64,000 bases of DNA from contig NC_052148.1 of assembly GCF_902713615.1 (NCBI RefSeq), positions 20,131,888-20,195,887 of the forward strand, read 5' to 3'. Below the pieces are notes generated by a model. That model was not told the origin of the DNA. It did not search any database and was given only the letters and a program-made list of their open reading frames with translations. Below, piece after piece: positions 13,546 through 26,155 of the stretch (position 1 is the stretch's first letter; each line of letters opens with the position of its first letter). Made by a program: the position numbers and the translations under genes. This stretch comes from Scyliorhinus canicula. Lineage: Eukaryota.

Positions 13546-13888
13546 AGGGAGGCACGGTGGCACATTGGTTAGCACAGCTGCTTCACAGCTCCAGGGTCCC
13601 AGGTTCGCTTCCCGGCTTCGGTCACTGTCTGTGTGGAGTCTGCACATTCTCCCCATGTCTACGTGGGTTTCCTCCAGGTGCTCCGGTTTCCTCCCACAGT
13701 CCAAAATGTGCAGCTTAGGCAAATTGGCTATGCTAAATTGCCCTTAGTGTTAAAAAAAAAAGTTTAGTTGGGTTGCTAGGTTATGGGGAATAGGATGGAG
13801 ACCTGGGCTTAGGTAGGGTGCTTTTTCTAAGGGCCAGTGCAGACTTGATAGGCCAAATGGCCTCCTTCTGCACTGTAAATTCTATGAT
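13546..13888 (+). mobile_element. HE1/V-SINE variant
   Basis: tRNA-like head, V-domain, tail GGCCTCCTTCTGCACTGTAAATTCTATG. Confidence 0.85.
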
Positions 13889-13889
13889 T

Positions 13890-16115
13890 TAAGTTTGTCA
13901 TGGACAAGGAAAGAGACAAATTGCAGACAAAGGTCTTGTATTGGGGGAGAGCAGACTTTCGTAAAGTGACGCAGGATCTGGCCAAGGTAGACTGGTGGGG
14001 AGATCTACAGGAGAGCAGTGGGGCATGTTCAAAGAGGAAATGGGGAGGGTACCGGCCCAACATGTTCCCTCTAGTGTAATAGGAAGGAGTAACAAGCCCA
14101 GAGAATCATGGATCGCCAGAGATATTCAGGAGACAATGAGAAGGAAGGGAGAGGCTTTTAGTAAGTACAAGGGGAGCAAATCAACAGAGGCAACAGTGGA
14201 GTACAGAAAGCGCAGGATGGAGCTTAAGAAAGCTATTAAGAGAGCAAAGAGGGAATGTGAGAAATCTCTACCGGGTAATAGTAGGGAAAATCCCAAGATA
14301 TTCCATGAGTATCTCAATGGGAAGAGGATAACTCGGGGAAAAAGTAGGGCCCATTAGGGACTAAGGGGGGAATCTGTGGGTGGAGCCAGACGACATTGGT
14401 AGGGTGTTAAATGAGTATTTCACATCTGTCTTCACCTAAGAGAATGAGGAGGCTGATATGGAACTCAGGGAGAGAGACTATGAGGTTCTTGAGGAAAATG
14501 TCATAGGAGTTACATGGCATTGGAGGTGTTGGCAGGCTTAAAAGTGGAGTAATCTCCAGGTCCGGACGAATTGTGTCCCAGGTTGCTGTGGGAGGCGAGG
14601 GAGGAGATCGCCAAGGCTCTGATCCAAATTTTTAATTCTTCTTGGCCACGGGAGAAGAGTCTGAGGACTGGAGAACCATGAATGTGGTCCCACTATTTAA
14701 GAAAGGCTGTAGGATGAACCAGGAAACTACATTCCAGTGAGTCTCACGTCAGTGGTGGGGAAACCAATGGAAAAAATTCTAAATCAGAGAATCTATCTCC
14801 ACTTGGGGAGGCAAAGTTTGATCAGGAATAGTCAGCAAGGCTTTGTCAGAGGGGGGTCATGCCTAACAAATTTGATTGATTTTTTTTTGAGCACGTGACT
14901 AAGTGTGTAGATGAGGTAGTGCAGTTGATGTAGTTTACACAGATTTCAGTAAAGCCTTTGACAAGGTACCATATGGAACACTTATAAAGAAGGCAAATGC
15001 ACATGGGATACAGGAGAACTTGATCAGCTGGATTCAAAGCTGGCTGAGCTGTAGGAATCAGAGGGTGATGACAGACGGCTGCTTTAGTGATTGGAAGCCA
15101 GTGTCCAGTGGCGTTCCACAGGAATCTGTGCTGGGTCCCCTATTATTCATCATTTATGAAAATACTTATATGACTATGTGGGGGTAGGATGAGTAAGTTT
15201 GCCGATGACACAAAGATAGGCCGGGTGGTTAACAGTGAGGCTGAGAGTCTTGAGTAGCAGGAAGATATATTTTCTGTCAAATGGGCAGAAAAGTAGCAGA
15301 TAGAATTTTATCCCGAAAAATGTGAGGTGCTACACTTTGGAAGGAGCAATTTGACAAGGAAATATTCAAAGAATGGCCTCACACTGGGAAGTCCTGAGAA
15401 ACAAAGAGACCTTAGCGTGTTTGTCAATAGATCTCTGAAGGCAGAAGGGCAGGTTAATAGGGTGGTGAAAAAGGCATATGGGACACTTGCCTTTATCAAT
15501 AGATTACAAAAGCAAGAAACTCATGTTGGAGTTATATAGAACTTTGGTGAGGCCACAGCTGGAGTACTGTGTGCAATTCTGGTCACCACATTATAGGAAG
15601 GATGTGATTGCACTGGAGCGGGTACAGAGATGTTTCACCAGGATGTTGCCTGGGATGGAACATTTTAGTTATGAAGAGAGGTTGGATAGGCTTGGGTTGT
15701 TTTCACTGGAGCAGAGATGAATAAGGTGCAACCTGATCGAGGTGTACAAGATTATGAGGGGCACGGACAGGCGATAGGGAAACAGATGCTCCCCTTAGTT
15801 GAAGGGTCAGTTTCGAAGGGACACAGGTTCAAGTTGAGGGGTGGGAGGTTCAGCGGGGATTTTGAGCGAAAACCTTTTTACCCAGAGGGTGGTGATTGTC
15901 TGGAACACGCTGCCTGGGAGGGCGATAGAGGCAGGTTACCTCACATCCTTTACAAAGTACCTGGATGAGTACTTGGCACATCCTAACATTCGTGGCTATG
16001 GGCCAAGTGCTGGCGAATGGGATTAGGATTGGCAGATCAGGTGCCTTTCATGCGGCGGTGCAGACTCGATGAGCTGAAGGGCCTTTTCTGCACTGTATTA
16101 TTCTGTGATTCTGTA
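13890..16115 (+). mobile_element. Decayed CR1 LINE ORF2 and 3' end
   Basis: DFSKAFDKVP, KFADDTK and LVRPQLEYCVQFWSP motifs. Confidence 0.9.
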
Positions 16116-16152
16116 ATGGAGAAGGTCTGGCTGGTCATCCATTGAAACAGGA

Positions 16153-17498
16153 TCATAGAATCATAGAATCCCTGCAGTACAGAAGGAGGCCATTCAGCCC
16201 ATAGAGTCTGCATCGACCCTCTGAAAGGGCACCAATCCCCCATCCTTTCCACATAATCCCACCGAGGGGCAATTTAGCATGGCCAGCTTCATGGCGACGA
16301 GATCCCAGGTTCGATCCCGGCTCTGGGTCACTGTCCATGTGGAGTTTGCACATTCTCCCTGTGTTTGCATGTGTTTCGCCCCCACAACCCAAAAGATGTG
16401 AGGTTACAAATGTGAGGCTATCCTTTTTGGTGGGAATCACAGCAAAAGAGATTATTATTTAAATGATAAAATATTAAAACATGCTGCTGTGCCGAGGGAC
16501 CTTGGTGTCCTGGTGCATGAGTCACAAAAAGTTGGTTTGTAGGTGCAACAGGTGATTAAGAAATCGAATGGAGTTTTGTCCTTCTTTGATAGAGGGATGG
16601 AGTTTAAGAATAGGGAGGTTATGCTGCAATTGTATACGGTGTTAGTGAGGCCACACCTGGAGGTTTGTGTTCAGTTTTGGTCTCCTTACCTGAGAAAGGA
16701 CGAACTGGCGCTCGAGGGTGTGCAGAGGAGATTCACTAGGTTAATCCCAGAGTTGAGGGGGTTGGATTACGAGGAGAGGTTGAGTAGACTGGGACTGTAC
16801 TCATTGGAATTTAGAAGGATGAGGGGGGATCTTATAGAAACATTTAAAATTATGAAGGGAGTAGATAGGATAAATGCGGGCAGGTTGTTTCCACTGGCCA
16901 GTGAAAGCAGGACTAAGGGGCATAGCCTCAAAATAAGGGGAAGTAGATTTAGGACTGAGTTTAAGAGGAACTTCTTCACCCAAAGGATTGTAAATCCAGG
17001 GAATTCCCTGCCCAGTGAAGCAGTTCAGGTTCCTTCATTAAATGTTATCAAGATAAAGATAGATAGTTTTTTGAAGAATAAAGGGATTAGGGGTTATGGT
17101 GTTCGGGTGGGAAAGTGGAGCTGAGTACACAAAAGATCAGCCTTGATCTCATTGAATGGCGGAGCAGGCTCGAAGGGCCAGGTGGCCTACTCCGGCTCCT
17201 AGTTCTTATGTTCTTATGTTCTAATGTGCAGGGTAGGTGGATTGGCCATGCTAAAGTGTCCCTTAATTGGAAAAAATGAATTGTGTATTCAAAATTTATA
17301 AAGAAAAGAAAAAAAAAAATTTAGCATGGCCAATCCAGCTAACGTGCACGTCTTTGGACTGTGGGAGGAAACTGGAGCACCCAGAGGAAACCCACACAGA
17401 TACAGTGAGAACGTGCAGACTCCGCACAGTCACCCAAGGCCGAAACTGAACCTGGGTCCCTGACTCTGTGAGGCAGCAGTGTCAACCACTGTGCCACC
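16153..17498. mobile_element. Triple nest: minus-strand V-SINE containing a plus-strand A-tailed SINE (16286-17317), which contains a CR1 3' fragment (16401-17223)
   Basis: TSD AATTTAGCATGGCCA at 16271-16285 and 17318-17332. Inner TSD ATGTG at 16396-16400 and 17224-17228. CR1 ORF2 C-terminal peptide 16543-17124. Confidence 0.85.
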
Positions 17499-19419
17499 TT
17501 GCCGGATGGGTCAGTCGTAAGTGTTCTGAGAGTGCGGGAAATTGTTTTTCCAGGAAGGATTACTTGTGACAAGGACAAAAGCTCTGAGGAAGGGCAGCCG
17601 CGAGCAAAAGCGAACACAAGTTGGACAATTAGGTTTCTGACAAAATGAAGGATGAGGAGCAGAGAGGTAGGAGAAATTAATGAACAGAAAGGATGGGTAT
17701 TTTTTTTTTACGCAGATCTCTCCTGGGACACCAAATATCTGGCCGGAGACAGTTTTAGACATGGACAGCATGTGGATAAGTTAAATTCCCTCAAAAAATG
17801 GATCGGTTGGGGTTGGGTGGAATTGTCAAAATATTAAGAATATCAAATCCAACCTGCCATTTCTGGATTTAACAGAGTGAGGAATGGACAGGGTGGGGGC
17901 AGTATGGGTGACTAATCCGCTCCGTGGAGTTCGATTGGCATTTGAATATTATAACAAGTCTGCGTACCTTCGATTTCAATGTCTATTTTAAATGTCATGC
18001 TCGGCAGTCTGGCTTCCCGGCCCTTGGAAAAGCCAGCAGTAAATAAGAAAGGTGATGAATGCTGGGTGCAGCTTGTAATGGCTTTCAAGCGTCTTTCCAG
18101 TTATCTGTTGGATCGAACTCACCTGCTCCCCATCACTGCACTCCCTTCCTTAGAACTGAGATGAGGAGGAACTACTTCTCGCAGCGGGTGGTGAATTTGT
18201 GGAATTCGCTGCCCCATAGTACAGTGGAATCGGTGTCATTTAATGGTTTCAAGAACGAGATGGATATATTTCTGATTTAACAAACAGGTTAAAGGGATAT
18301 GGGGAACAGGTAGGGAGGTAGATTTGAGAGCAGGAAGAAATCAGCTATGATCTGATTGAATGGCGGAGCAGGCTCAAAGGGCTGAATCGCCCACTTCTGC
18401 TCCTAATTCCTATGTATCTATGTTCCCCTCTGCCCACTATGATTGAACACTTCCACACTGAACCCATCTCCCAGCAGCAAGAGGCTTTCGATCATTCTCC
18501 CTTCCAACATCTCCGATGTTCCTCCCGGCGTCTAATCCCCCTCACTCTACTGAGCACCACCCCCACTCCCCGAGGTGTTTCCACACCCCAAAACCGTCTC
18601 TGCCAATGCCTTTTGGTATCTCTCGGCGTTTCACACCCCTTCACTCTGATTTTCCTGACCACCGATGTGTCCAATATCTCCAGCTGGCAGCTGATTCATG
18701 CCCCATCCCAAGGCATCGCCCTCCATCATCTCTGTGCTTCAAATCCAGCCTGAGCTGAAGGTATATCCAGAGATCAGCCAGCCAGCCTCTCAACCTCCTG
18801 ATTCATTTTTACGCAAGATCTGCCCCAAACTATTGTGATCAGGCATCACGTGGTTTACAATGTCATTGCAATTTGTCTTGTAAAAAGATTCCTTGATATA
18901 TTTAATGATGATAATTTGGTGCAAGTTTGATCAATCCTGCTGGAGGTGAATTTTTCGCAAACATAAATCATACATTTTCCATCGCTGTGTCAATCCTGTG
19001 CGTGTCCCAGTTTTAAATGACTGAAAATGACCTTTAACAACATTGTGCAAAGCTATATTCTAAGATTGGGGTATAGTTGCGAATTTACTTCGCAAATTTT
19101 GAAATAAAATTCAAGATCTTTTAAAGTTCCCATTCTCGCGCCCAATAGATCCCAGCTGCATTGTTCTTCCTTAATAGCCAAGTGCAGTTCACTGAAACTC
19201 CCAACAGTGACAAATTCATTCACCTTGAGGGTATGGCCAGTTCTTTTGGGGTGGGAGAGTGGGGGGGGGGGGGGAAGGATGATTCCAGGACAATGCTCTC
19301 TAAAATGAGCGCAAGAGATTAGTGAAGCTCAGAAATAATTATTTTACGTCAGTTGTACTGATATCAGGTGGGGGTGTTGGAGAGTCGAATCATAGAAATC
19401 AACGTGATTATGAAGTGGA

Positions 19420-19797
19420 TGTGGTGTTCTTTGTGTTGCTTGATTCAGGATGGTTGGCGTAGTGTTCACAAAAACCACAAAATTGCTTGAGCTTAAACAA
19501 AGCTATAAATTTATTAACACTACTAACTTGGATTCGACACGTACGCTGAAAGAATACACAGTTGATTATTAACATTTAAACCACACTTATCTGCACCATT
19601 CTTAATACTGATATAAACTATGATCTGCTCTCACTCACACTATATATGTACTTCTGACTTTCTCTAGCTAACTCCTGCACACACTCTCCCACAAGGCTTA
19701 GCATCACTGCCTTATATATGTAACTGTAGCTCCCTCTAGTGGTTACTCTGGACACTTTATTAACCCTTGCAGTTGTTACAGTTATGGTAATACCATA
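19420..19797 (-). mobile_element. Probable solo LTR
   Basis: TGTGGT...ACCATA near-inverted ends, flanks GTGGA/GTGCA, AATAAA and TATA-like motifs on the minus strand. Confidence 0.6.
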
Positions 19798-20496
19798 GTG
19801 CAAACTCCAGGTTCGGGTGTGTAGGATTCTACAGCTTAAATTGGATTTGAAAGGTTCCTTAGGTATGTAGAGTATCTGACTCCCTCTCCGTTTTCCCGCC
19901 TTTGCCCCCCCCCCCCCCCCCCCCCCCCCCACCACCCCCACCACATTACACCCACCTCCCCCCACTGCAGCATCGTGATGGGACCATTTGTAATCCCAGC
20001 AGGGACCACCGCTCCTGGCTGGCGCTGCTGGGACTGCAGAGTTGCTGGCCATCCGATTGGCTGGCAGCTCTCTAATCAGAACATCCTCCCAGGATAGGGG
20101 TGGAGGTCGGGCCTGAAAGCTACAAACGCTGCTCCCAGCGTTAAATTGCTGCAGGGCACAATAGGGCCTGTGGAGAGGCGCCGCTCAACATATTAGCGGG
20201 TGGGCGAGGGAAGGGGTGGGAGGGGTTGTCATGGTACCCCTTGATACCCAGCTCATGTGCCCACATTACATTTGTGGTTAACCCTGCCAGTCAGATAGTA
20301 TCTGGGAAGACAGAGTTCTCAGTCTCGGATCTGATGACTATTCATGAACACAATCCATTTCTATTCTGGTGCGGTCTGGTTTTACAGAACAGCCTCGAAG
20401 CAGTTGGCGGAACCTTTTGCCACTCCTCCGTGTCCTGTTCCTTCGCTCTGATGTAGATCTTAGCCGAGACGGAGTTAGCATAAAGCTCGCACTGAC

Positions 20497-20595
20497 CTTG
20501 ACAGTCTCCATCCAGCGCTGTTGCTTGATCTGGTAATAAACCACCGATTGGTAGTGAGTGACAGGTTTGTCTCCAGCCCCTTGGCTGATGGCATT
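20497..20595 (-). CDS. DOCK2: DOCK-A exon (approx. exon 15): [33 protein letters not shown]
   Basis: 99 bp, phase 0/0, cccag acceptor, gtcagt donor. Close to recalled DOCK2 [33 protein letters not shown]. Lies inside track ORF 20338-20712. Confidence 0.95.
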
Positions 20596-21723
20596 CTGGG
20601 CATCGGAGGGAGAGGAAAAAAATAAAGAATTCAGAGCAGCAATTTCCACAAAGCCACACTTTTCAGAAATGATTAATTGTGCCCACTTCTCGTTTTGAGA
20701 TAAAAGTTCCATCTATTGCCAGTCCATGCTCTGAGTACTTCATTAATAAAATGTCTGGAGTGGGTGGTAAAATTGATTACTTTTTCAAAAGCCACAGTGT
20801 GATATTCATGTGAGGCTGAAATAATTACATTACTTATAAGGAGACGACAGGTTATATTTTAATAACGACAAACTGTTTGGAGAGATAACATCCCTTCAGA
20901 CATTACAGAAGGCAATACCTCTTTCTTTCTTGGCAGTTTGTCAGGTGGAGACTGACAGCATGGGGGAAAGGAGCCTACTTTCTTCACAACAAAGTATGGT
21001 GGTGAGGTTCTTCTGTCAGCTCTGGTCTCCACTCAGCAGAGGGTTAGAAGGTTGTGAGTTCAAGTGTTACTCAGAAGGCTCGAGCAAAATATTTAGATGG
21101 GCTTCGGATGAGACCTGAAACCGAGATTTCACCTGTCCTGTTGTGCAAAATATATCCCAAAGCATTGTTTCGAAGAAGAACATGGAGATTCTCACAAGAA
21201 CATACAGATTAAGAACAGGAGTAGACTATATGGCCCCTGAGACATCTCTGCCATTCAATAAGATCATAGTTGAGCAGATTGCATCCTCAAATCTATTTTC
21301 CTGCCTACCCCCGCCTACCCAATCGCCTTTGATTCCCTTGGAGATCAAATACCTGTTTACTTCAGCCTTCAATAGTTCAACAACCGCTGGAGGAAGAGAA
21401 ATCCAAACGCAAATAACCTTCCGAGAAAATTAATTCCTCCTCATCTCTTTCTTGGGTGGGAAATCCCTTATTTTTAAACTGACCATAAGACCATAACACA
21501 ATAAGACAGAGGGGCAGAAGGGGACCATTCGGCCCATCAAGTCTGCTCTGCCATTCAATGCGATCATAACTGATCTGATATGATAATCACCAACTTCACT
21601 TTCCCGCCTTACTCCGATAACACTCGATTGCCTTGAGGATTAAAAATCTGTCTATCTCAGCCTTGAACGACCCAACCTCTACAGCTCTCTGCAGAAAATA
21701 ACTGCACAGATTCACTACACTCT

Positions 21724-22055
21724 GGGGAGGCACGGTGGCATAGTGGTTAGCTCTGCTGCCTCACAGTGCCAGGGACCCAGGTTCAATTCTGGCCTTGGGA
21801 AACAGCCTGTGTGGAATTTGCATTTTCTCCCCTTGTCTGCGTGGATTTCCTCCGCAGACTCCGGTTTCCTCCCACAGTCCAAAAATGTGCAGGTTAGGTG
21901 AACTGACCATGATAAATTGCCCCTTAGTGTCCAGGGATATATGCAGGTTAGGTTATGGGGTTATCGGGATAGGGTGGGGAAGTGGGCCTAGATAGGGTGC
22001 CCTTTCAGAGGGCCAGTGAAGACTCAATGGGCTGAATGGCCTCCTCTGCACCAGG
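21724..22055 (+). mobile_element. HE1/V-SINE variant inserted in a CR1 relic
   Basis: tRNA-like head and V-domain. Confidence 0.8.
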
Positions 22056-22337
22056 GGTTCAATGAAAAAATTCCCCCTCACCCCTGTCTTGAATGGGTGA
22101 CCCCCCTTACTCTGACCCCCCTATGGCCTAGACTCTCCAACAAGGGGAATCATCCTCTGAGCATCTCCCCTATCAAGCACCCTGAGACCCTTATATATTC
22201 CAAGATCACCTCTCATTCTTCTAAACTCCGATGGATATAGGCCCAACCTGCTCAACCTTTCCTCATAAGACATACCCCTCATCCCAGGGGATAAGCCTAG
22301 TGAATCTTCTCTGAACTTGTTCAAGTGAAAGTATATG

Positions 22338-23073
22338 GGGCGAGATTCTCCCATATGGGGAGAAATCGTAAGGCTGGCGTCAAACCCGGGCGGGTTTGAC
22401 GCCAGCCCCCCCCTTCCCGACCGGGAACCGATTCTGGTCCCCGGTCAGGGCTAGCAGCCCGACGCCGTAGGCTCCGGCATCACGGGCTTAACGAATTTCG
22501 TTAAGCCCGCTTGCCCGAGTTAGCGCCGGCTGACGCGTCATATGACGTCGGCCGCGCATGCGCGGATTGGAAGACTCCAACCCGCGCATGCGCGGATGAC
22601 GTCATCGCGTATTTGCGCGAAACCCGCGCATGCGCGGGCCGGGATGCCCCTCAGCCGCCCCGCGAATGGATACTGCGGGGCGGCGGAAGGACAAATAGTG
22701 CGCGGGCATCGGGCCCGCTGCCCGCGATCGGTGCCTACCGATCGCGGGCCCATGGCACCCTTGGCACGGCCATGGTACTGCCGTGCCAATCGGTGCCATG
22801 GTTATAAAATGCGAGTGTTTACGGCCGTTTTTACGAACGGCCAGACCAGGTGTGTTTGCCGTTCGTAAAAACAGCCGTAAAGGGCTGGGAACTCGGCCCA
22901 TCTATCAGCTGTGAATCGCTGCCGGCCGTAAAAAAACGGCGGCAGCGATTCGTGTCGGGAGTTGGGCGTGGGGGGGGGGGGAGAATAGCGGGAGGGCGTC
23001 GGAACAGCGTGGCCGTAAAATTTTACGAGCCACGCTATTCTCCGCACCGTCGGGAGTGCGGAGAATCTCGCCC
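22338..23073. mobile_element. GC-rich Harbinger-type MITE
   Basis: 14-bp TIR GGGCGAGATTCTCC/GGAGAATCTCGCCC, 3-bp flanks ATG/ACG. Confidence 0.85.
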
Positions 23074-23109
23074 ACGATTCCTTAAATACGGTGACCAAAA
23101 AATCACACC

Positions 23110-23622
23110 ATATTCCCCGTGTCCTGGTCAATATTTATCGTTCTCATTAGCCTTTGGAATTGAAAGCAAATTATTTAACCTTGATAGGGAATTGGCTCAT
23201 TGACAGGGAGAAAGGGCAAATACTTGACAGGAAGTGACAAGTGGCGTCTTGCAAGGATCTGTGTTGGGGCCTCAACTACTCGCTGTATTTATTAAAGATT
23301 CAGATGATGGGATATCAAGCATCTATCCAAGTTTCTGAATGGCACAAAGAATTGTAAACATATTTACAATGTACATAATGTGAAATATGAATAGGTTAAT
23401 TGAATTGGCAAAACTGTGATAAATGCATTTCGGTGCAGACATGTGTGAAGTCATCCACTTTGGACATAAAAATGATTGAACGGTGTACTTTCCAAATGCT
23501 GAGAGGCGCAATATAATGGAGGACCTGAGATATTGGGGGTTCAAGGTACACAGATTATTAAAATATCATAAAGAGGAGCTGAAAACAATCAAAAAGGCTC
23601 ATGGAATGCTAACCTTAATATA
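23110..23622 (+). mobile_element. Old CR1 relic hosting the Penelope palindrome (continues at 28643)
   Basis: QGSVLGP motif. The empty-site join atggaatgctaaccttaatata|ggggctagaa resembles CR1 GMLAFIxRGLE. Confidence 0.75.
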
Positions 23623-23710
23623 ATGATGTGGAGATGCCGGCGTTGGACTGGGGTGAGCACAGTAAGAAGTCTTACAACACCAGGTTAAAGTCCAACAGGT
23701 TTGTTTCAAA

Positions 23711-23745
23711 CACGAGCTTTCGGAGCACGGCTCCTTCTTCAGGTG
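23711..23745 (-). ncRNA. Minimal hammerhead ribozyme (left arm; sense to the host DOCK pre-mRNA)
   Basis: Exact reverse complement of 28557-28591. Confidence 0.8.
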
Positions 23746-23890
23746 AATGGAAAGGCTTGTTCCAGAAATGTTTATATAGACACAGTCAGAGATGCCCCGG
23801 AATGCGAGCACCTGCAGGCAATCAAATCATCAAAGATGCAGAGAGAGAGGTAACTCCAGGTTAAAGAGGTGTGAATTGTCCCAAGCCAGT

Positions 23891-26146
23891 TCAGTCGGTA
23901 GGCCTCTGCAAGTCCAGGCTTGTTGGTGGGGGCCGAATGTAATGCGACATGAATCCCAGATCCCGGTTGAGTCCGCATTCATGCGTGCGGAACTTAGCTA
24001 TAAGTTTTTGCTCAGCAATTTTGCGTTGTCGCGTCTCCTGAAGGCCTCCTTGTAGAATGCTGACCCGGAGATCAGAGGCTGAATGTCCTTGACTGCTGAA
24101 GTGTTCCCCAACTGGAAGGGAACAGTCCTGCCTGTTGATAGTCGCACGATGCCCGTTTATTCGTTGTCGCAGTGACTGCATGGTCTCGCCAATGTACCAC
24201 GCTTCGGGACATCCTTTCCTGCAGCGTATGAGGTAGACTACATTGGTCGAGTCGCACGAGTATGCGCCGCGTACCTGGTGGGTGGTGTTTCCACGTGTAA
24301 TGGTGGTGTCCATGTCGATGATCTGGCATGTCTTGCAGAGATTACCCTGGCAGGGTTTTGTGGTGTTGTGGTTGCTGTTCTGAAGGCTGGGTAATTTGCT
24401 GCAAACAATGGTTTGTTTGAGGTTGCGCGGTTGTTTGAAGGCCAGTAGTGGGGGTGTGGGGATGACCTTGGCAAGATGTCCATCCTCGCTGATGATGTGT
24501 TGGAGGCTGCGAAGAAGATGTCGTAGTTTCTCCGCCCCAGGAAAGCACTGGACGACGAAGGGTACTCTGTCAGTGGTGTCCCGTGTTTGTCTTCTGAGGA
24601 GGTCGGTGCGGTTTTTTGCTGTGGCGCGGTGGAACTGTCGATCAATGAGTCGAGCGCCATATCCCGTTCGTACGAGGGCATCTTTCAGCATCTGTAGGTG
24701 TCTGTTGCGCTCCTCCTTGTCTGAGCAGATCCTGTGTATACGGAGGGCTTGTCCATAGGGGATGGCTTCTTTAATGTGTTTCGGGTGAAAGCTGGAGAAG
24801 TGGAGCATCGTGAGATTATCTGTGGGCTTGCGGTAAAGCGAGGTGCTGAGGTGACCGTCCTTGATGGAGACGAGTGTGTCCAAGAATGGAACTGAATTTG
24901 GAGAATAGTCCATGGTGAGTTTGATGGTGGGATGGAACTTATTGATGTCATCGTGTAGTCGTTTCAGTGATGTCTCGCCGTGGGTCCAAAGGAAAAAAAT
25001 GTCATCGATGTATCTGGTGTATAGCATCGGTTGAAAGTCCTGTGTGGTGAGGAAGTCCTGTTCAAACTTGTGCATGAAGATGTTGGCATATTGAGGTGCA
25101 AATTTGGTCCCCATGGCTGTTCCGTGCATCTGGATGAAGAATTTGTTGTCGAAGGTGAAGACGTTGTGGTCTAGAATGAAACGGATGAGTTGCAGAATTG
25201 CGTCTGGAGATTGGCAGTTGTCGGTGTTGAGGACTGAGGCTGTTGCAGCAATGCCGTCGTCATGGGGGATGCTGGTGTAGAGTGCCGAGACATCCATTGT
25301 GACGAGGAATGTTCCTGGTTCAACTGGTCCATGGGTGCTGAGTTTCTGTAGGAAGTCCGTCGTGTCGCGACAGAAGCTGGGTGTACCTTGTACGATGGGT
25401 TTCAAGATGCCCTCGATGTGGCCAGAGAGGTTCTCACACAGGGTCCCATTGCCTGAAACGATAGGACGGCCTGGTGTGTTGGCCTTGTGTATTTTCGGGA
25501 GGCAGTAGAGATCTCCAATGCGGGGATTACGTGGGATGAGAGCACGTAGGGTGTTCTGAAGGTCTGGATCTAAGGTCTTGATCAGTCTGCTGAGTTGGCG
25601 GATGTGTTCCTTGGTTTGATCTGCGGGTAACTGCCTGTAGTGTTCCTGGTTGTCGAGTTGTCGGTATACTTCTTTGCAGTAGTCTGTTCTGTTCAGTATG
25701 ACGGTGGCCCCTCCTTTGTCTGCTGGTTTGATGACGATGTTGCGGTTGGTCTTGAGAGTGCGGATGGCGTTGCGTTGTGCTTGGGTGACGTTTGAGGCTG
25801 CCTTGTGATTGCGAGTGATGAATCTGGCATTGACACGACTTCTGACGGCTTGAGCATACATGTCGAGTCTAGGGCAGCGGCCTTCCGGAGGGGTCCAATT
25901 TGACTCTTTCCTTTTCGGTTGCTGCACTGCAGATCTCGCGGTCTGCTGTTCCGGTTCATTGGTCGTGTCCCTGGGTTCGCTGTCGGCCTCTTGGGGTCTG
26001 TGGAAGAATTCCCGGAGCCTCATTCGCCTGATGAATTCCTCCGTATCTGCCGCGAGACTGATGGGGTCCATTTTGGTGGTGGTGCAGAAATTGAGCCCTC
26101 TGCTGAGGACTTCGATTTCGTCTGGTTGAAGGGTGTAGTCTGACAA
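23891..26146 (-). CDS. Penelope-like RT + GIY-YIG endonuclease ORF, left arm (5'-truncated; track start is TTG)
   Basis: Motifs IKPADKG, LPKIHK..GRPIVS, MDVSALYTSI, GTAMG, YIDD, Cys linker PCQGNLCKTC and GIY-YIG (NVVYLIRC..WYIGET). 751 codons without a stop. Confidence 0.93.
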   Translation of the reverse strand: MSDYTLQPDEIEVLSRGLNFCTTTKMDPISLAADTEEFIRRMRLREFFHRPQEADSEPRDTTNEPEQQTARSAVQQPKRKESNWTPPEGRCPRLDMYAQAVRSRVNARFITRNHKAASNVTQAQRNAIRTLKTNRNIVIKPADKGGATVILNRTDYCKEVYRQLDNQEHYRQLPADQTKEHIRQLSRLIKTLDPDLQNTLRALIPRNPRIGDLYCLPKIHKANTPGRPIVSGNGTLCENLSGHIEGILKPIVQGTPSFCRDTTDFLQKLSTHGPVEPGTFLVTMDVSALYTSIPHDDGIAATASVLNTDNCQSPDAILQLIRFILDHNVFTFDNKFFIQMHGTAMGTKFAPQYANIFMHKFEQDFLTTQDFQPMLYTRYIDDIFFLWTHGETSLKRLHDDINKFHPTIKLTMDYSPNSVPFLDTLVSIKDGHLSTSLYRKPTDNLTMLHFSSFHPKHIKEAIPYGQALRIHRICSDKEERNRHLQMLKDALVRTGYGARLIDRQFHRATAKNRTDLLRRQTRDTTDRVPFVVQCFPGAEKLRHLLRSLQHIISEDGHLAKVIPTPPLLAFKQPRNLKQTIVCSKLPSLQNSNHNTTKPCQGNLCKTCQIIDMDTTITRGNTTHQVRGAYSCDSTNVVYLIRCRKGCPEAWYIGETMQSLRQRINGHRATINRQDCSLPVGEHFSSQGHSASDLRVSILQGGLQETRQRKIAEQKLIAKFRTHECGLNRDLGFMSHYIRPPPTSLDLQRPTD

Positions 26147-26155
26147 GTTGTCAGC

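Noticed and set aside
20338-20712. 124-aa ORF as a stand-alone gene
   Set aside because: Only 20497-20595 is bounded by splice sites and matches DOCK; the rest is intron read-through.
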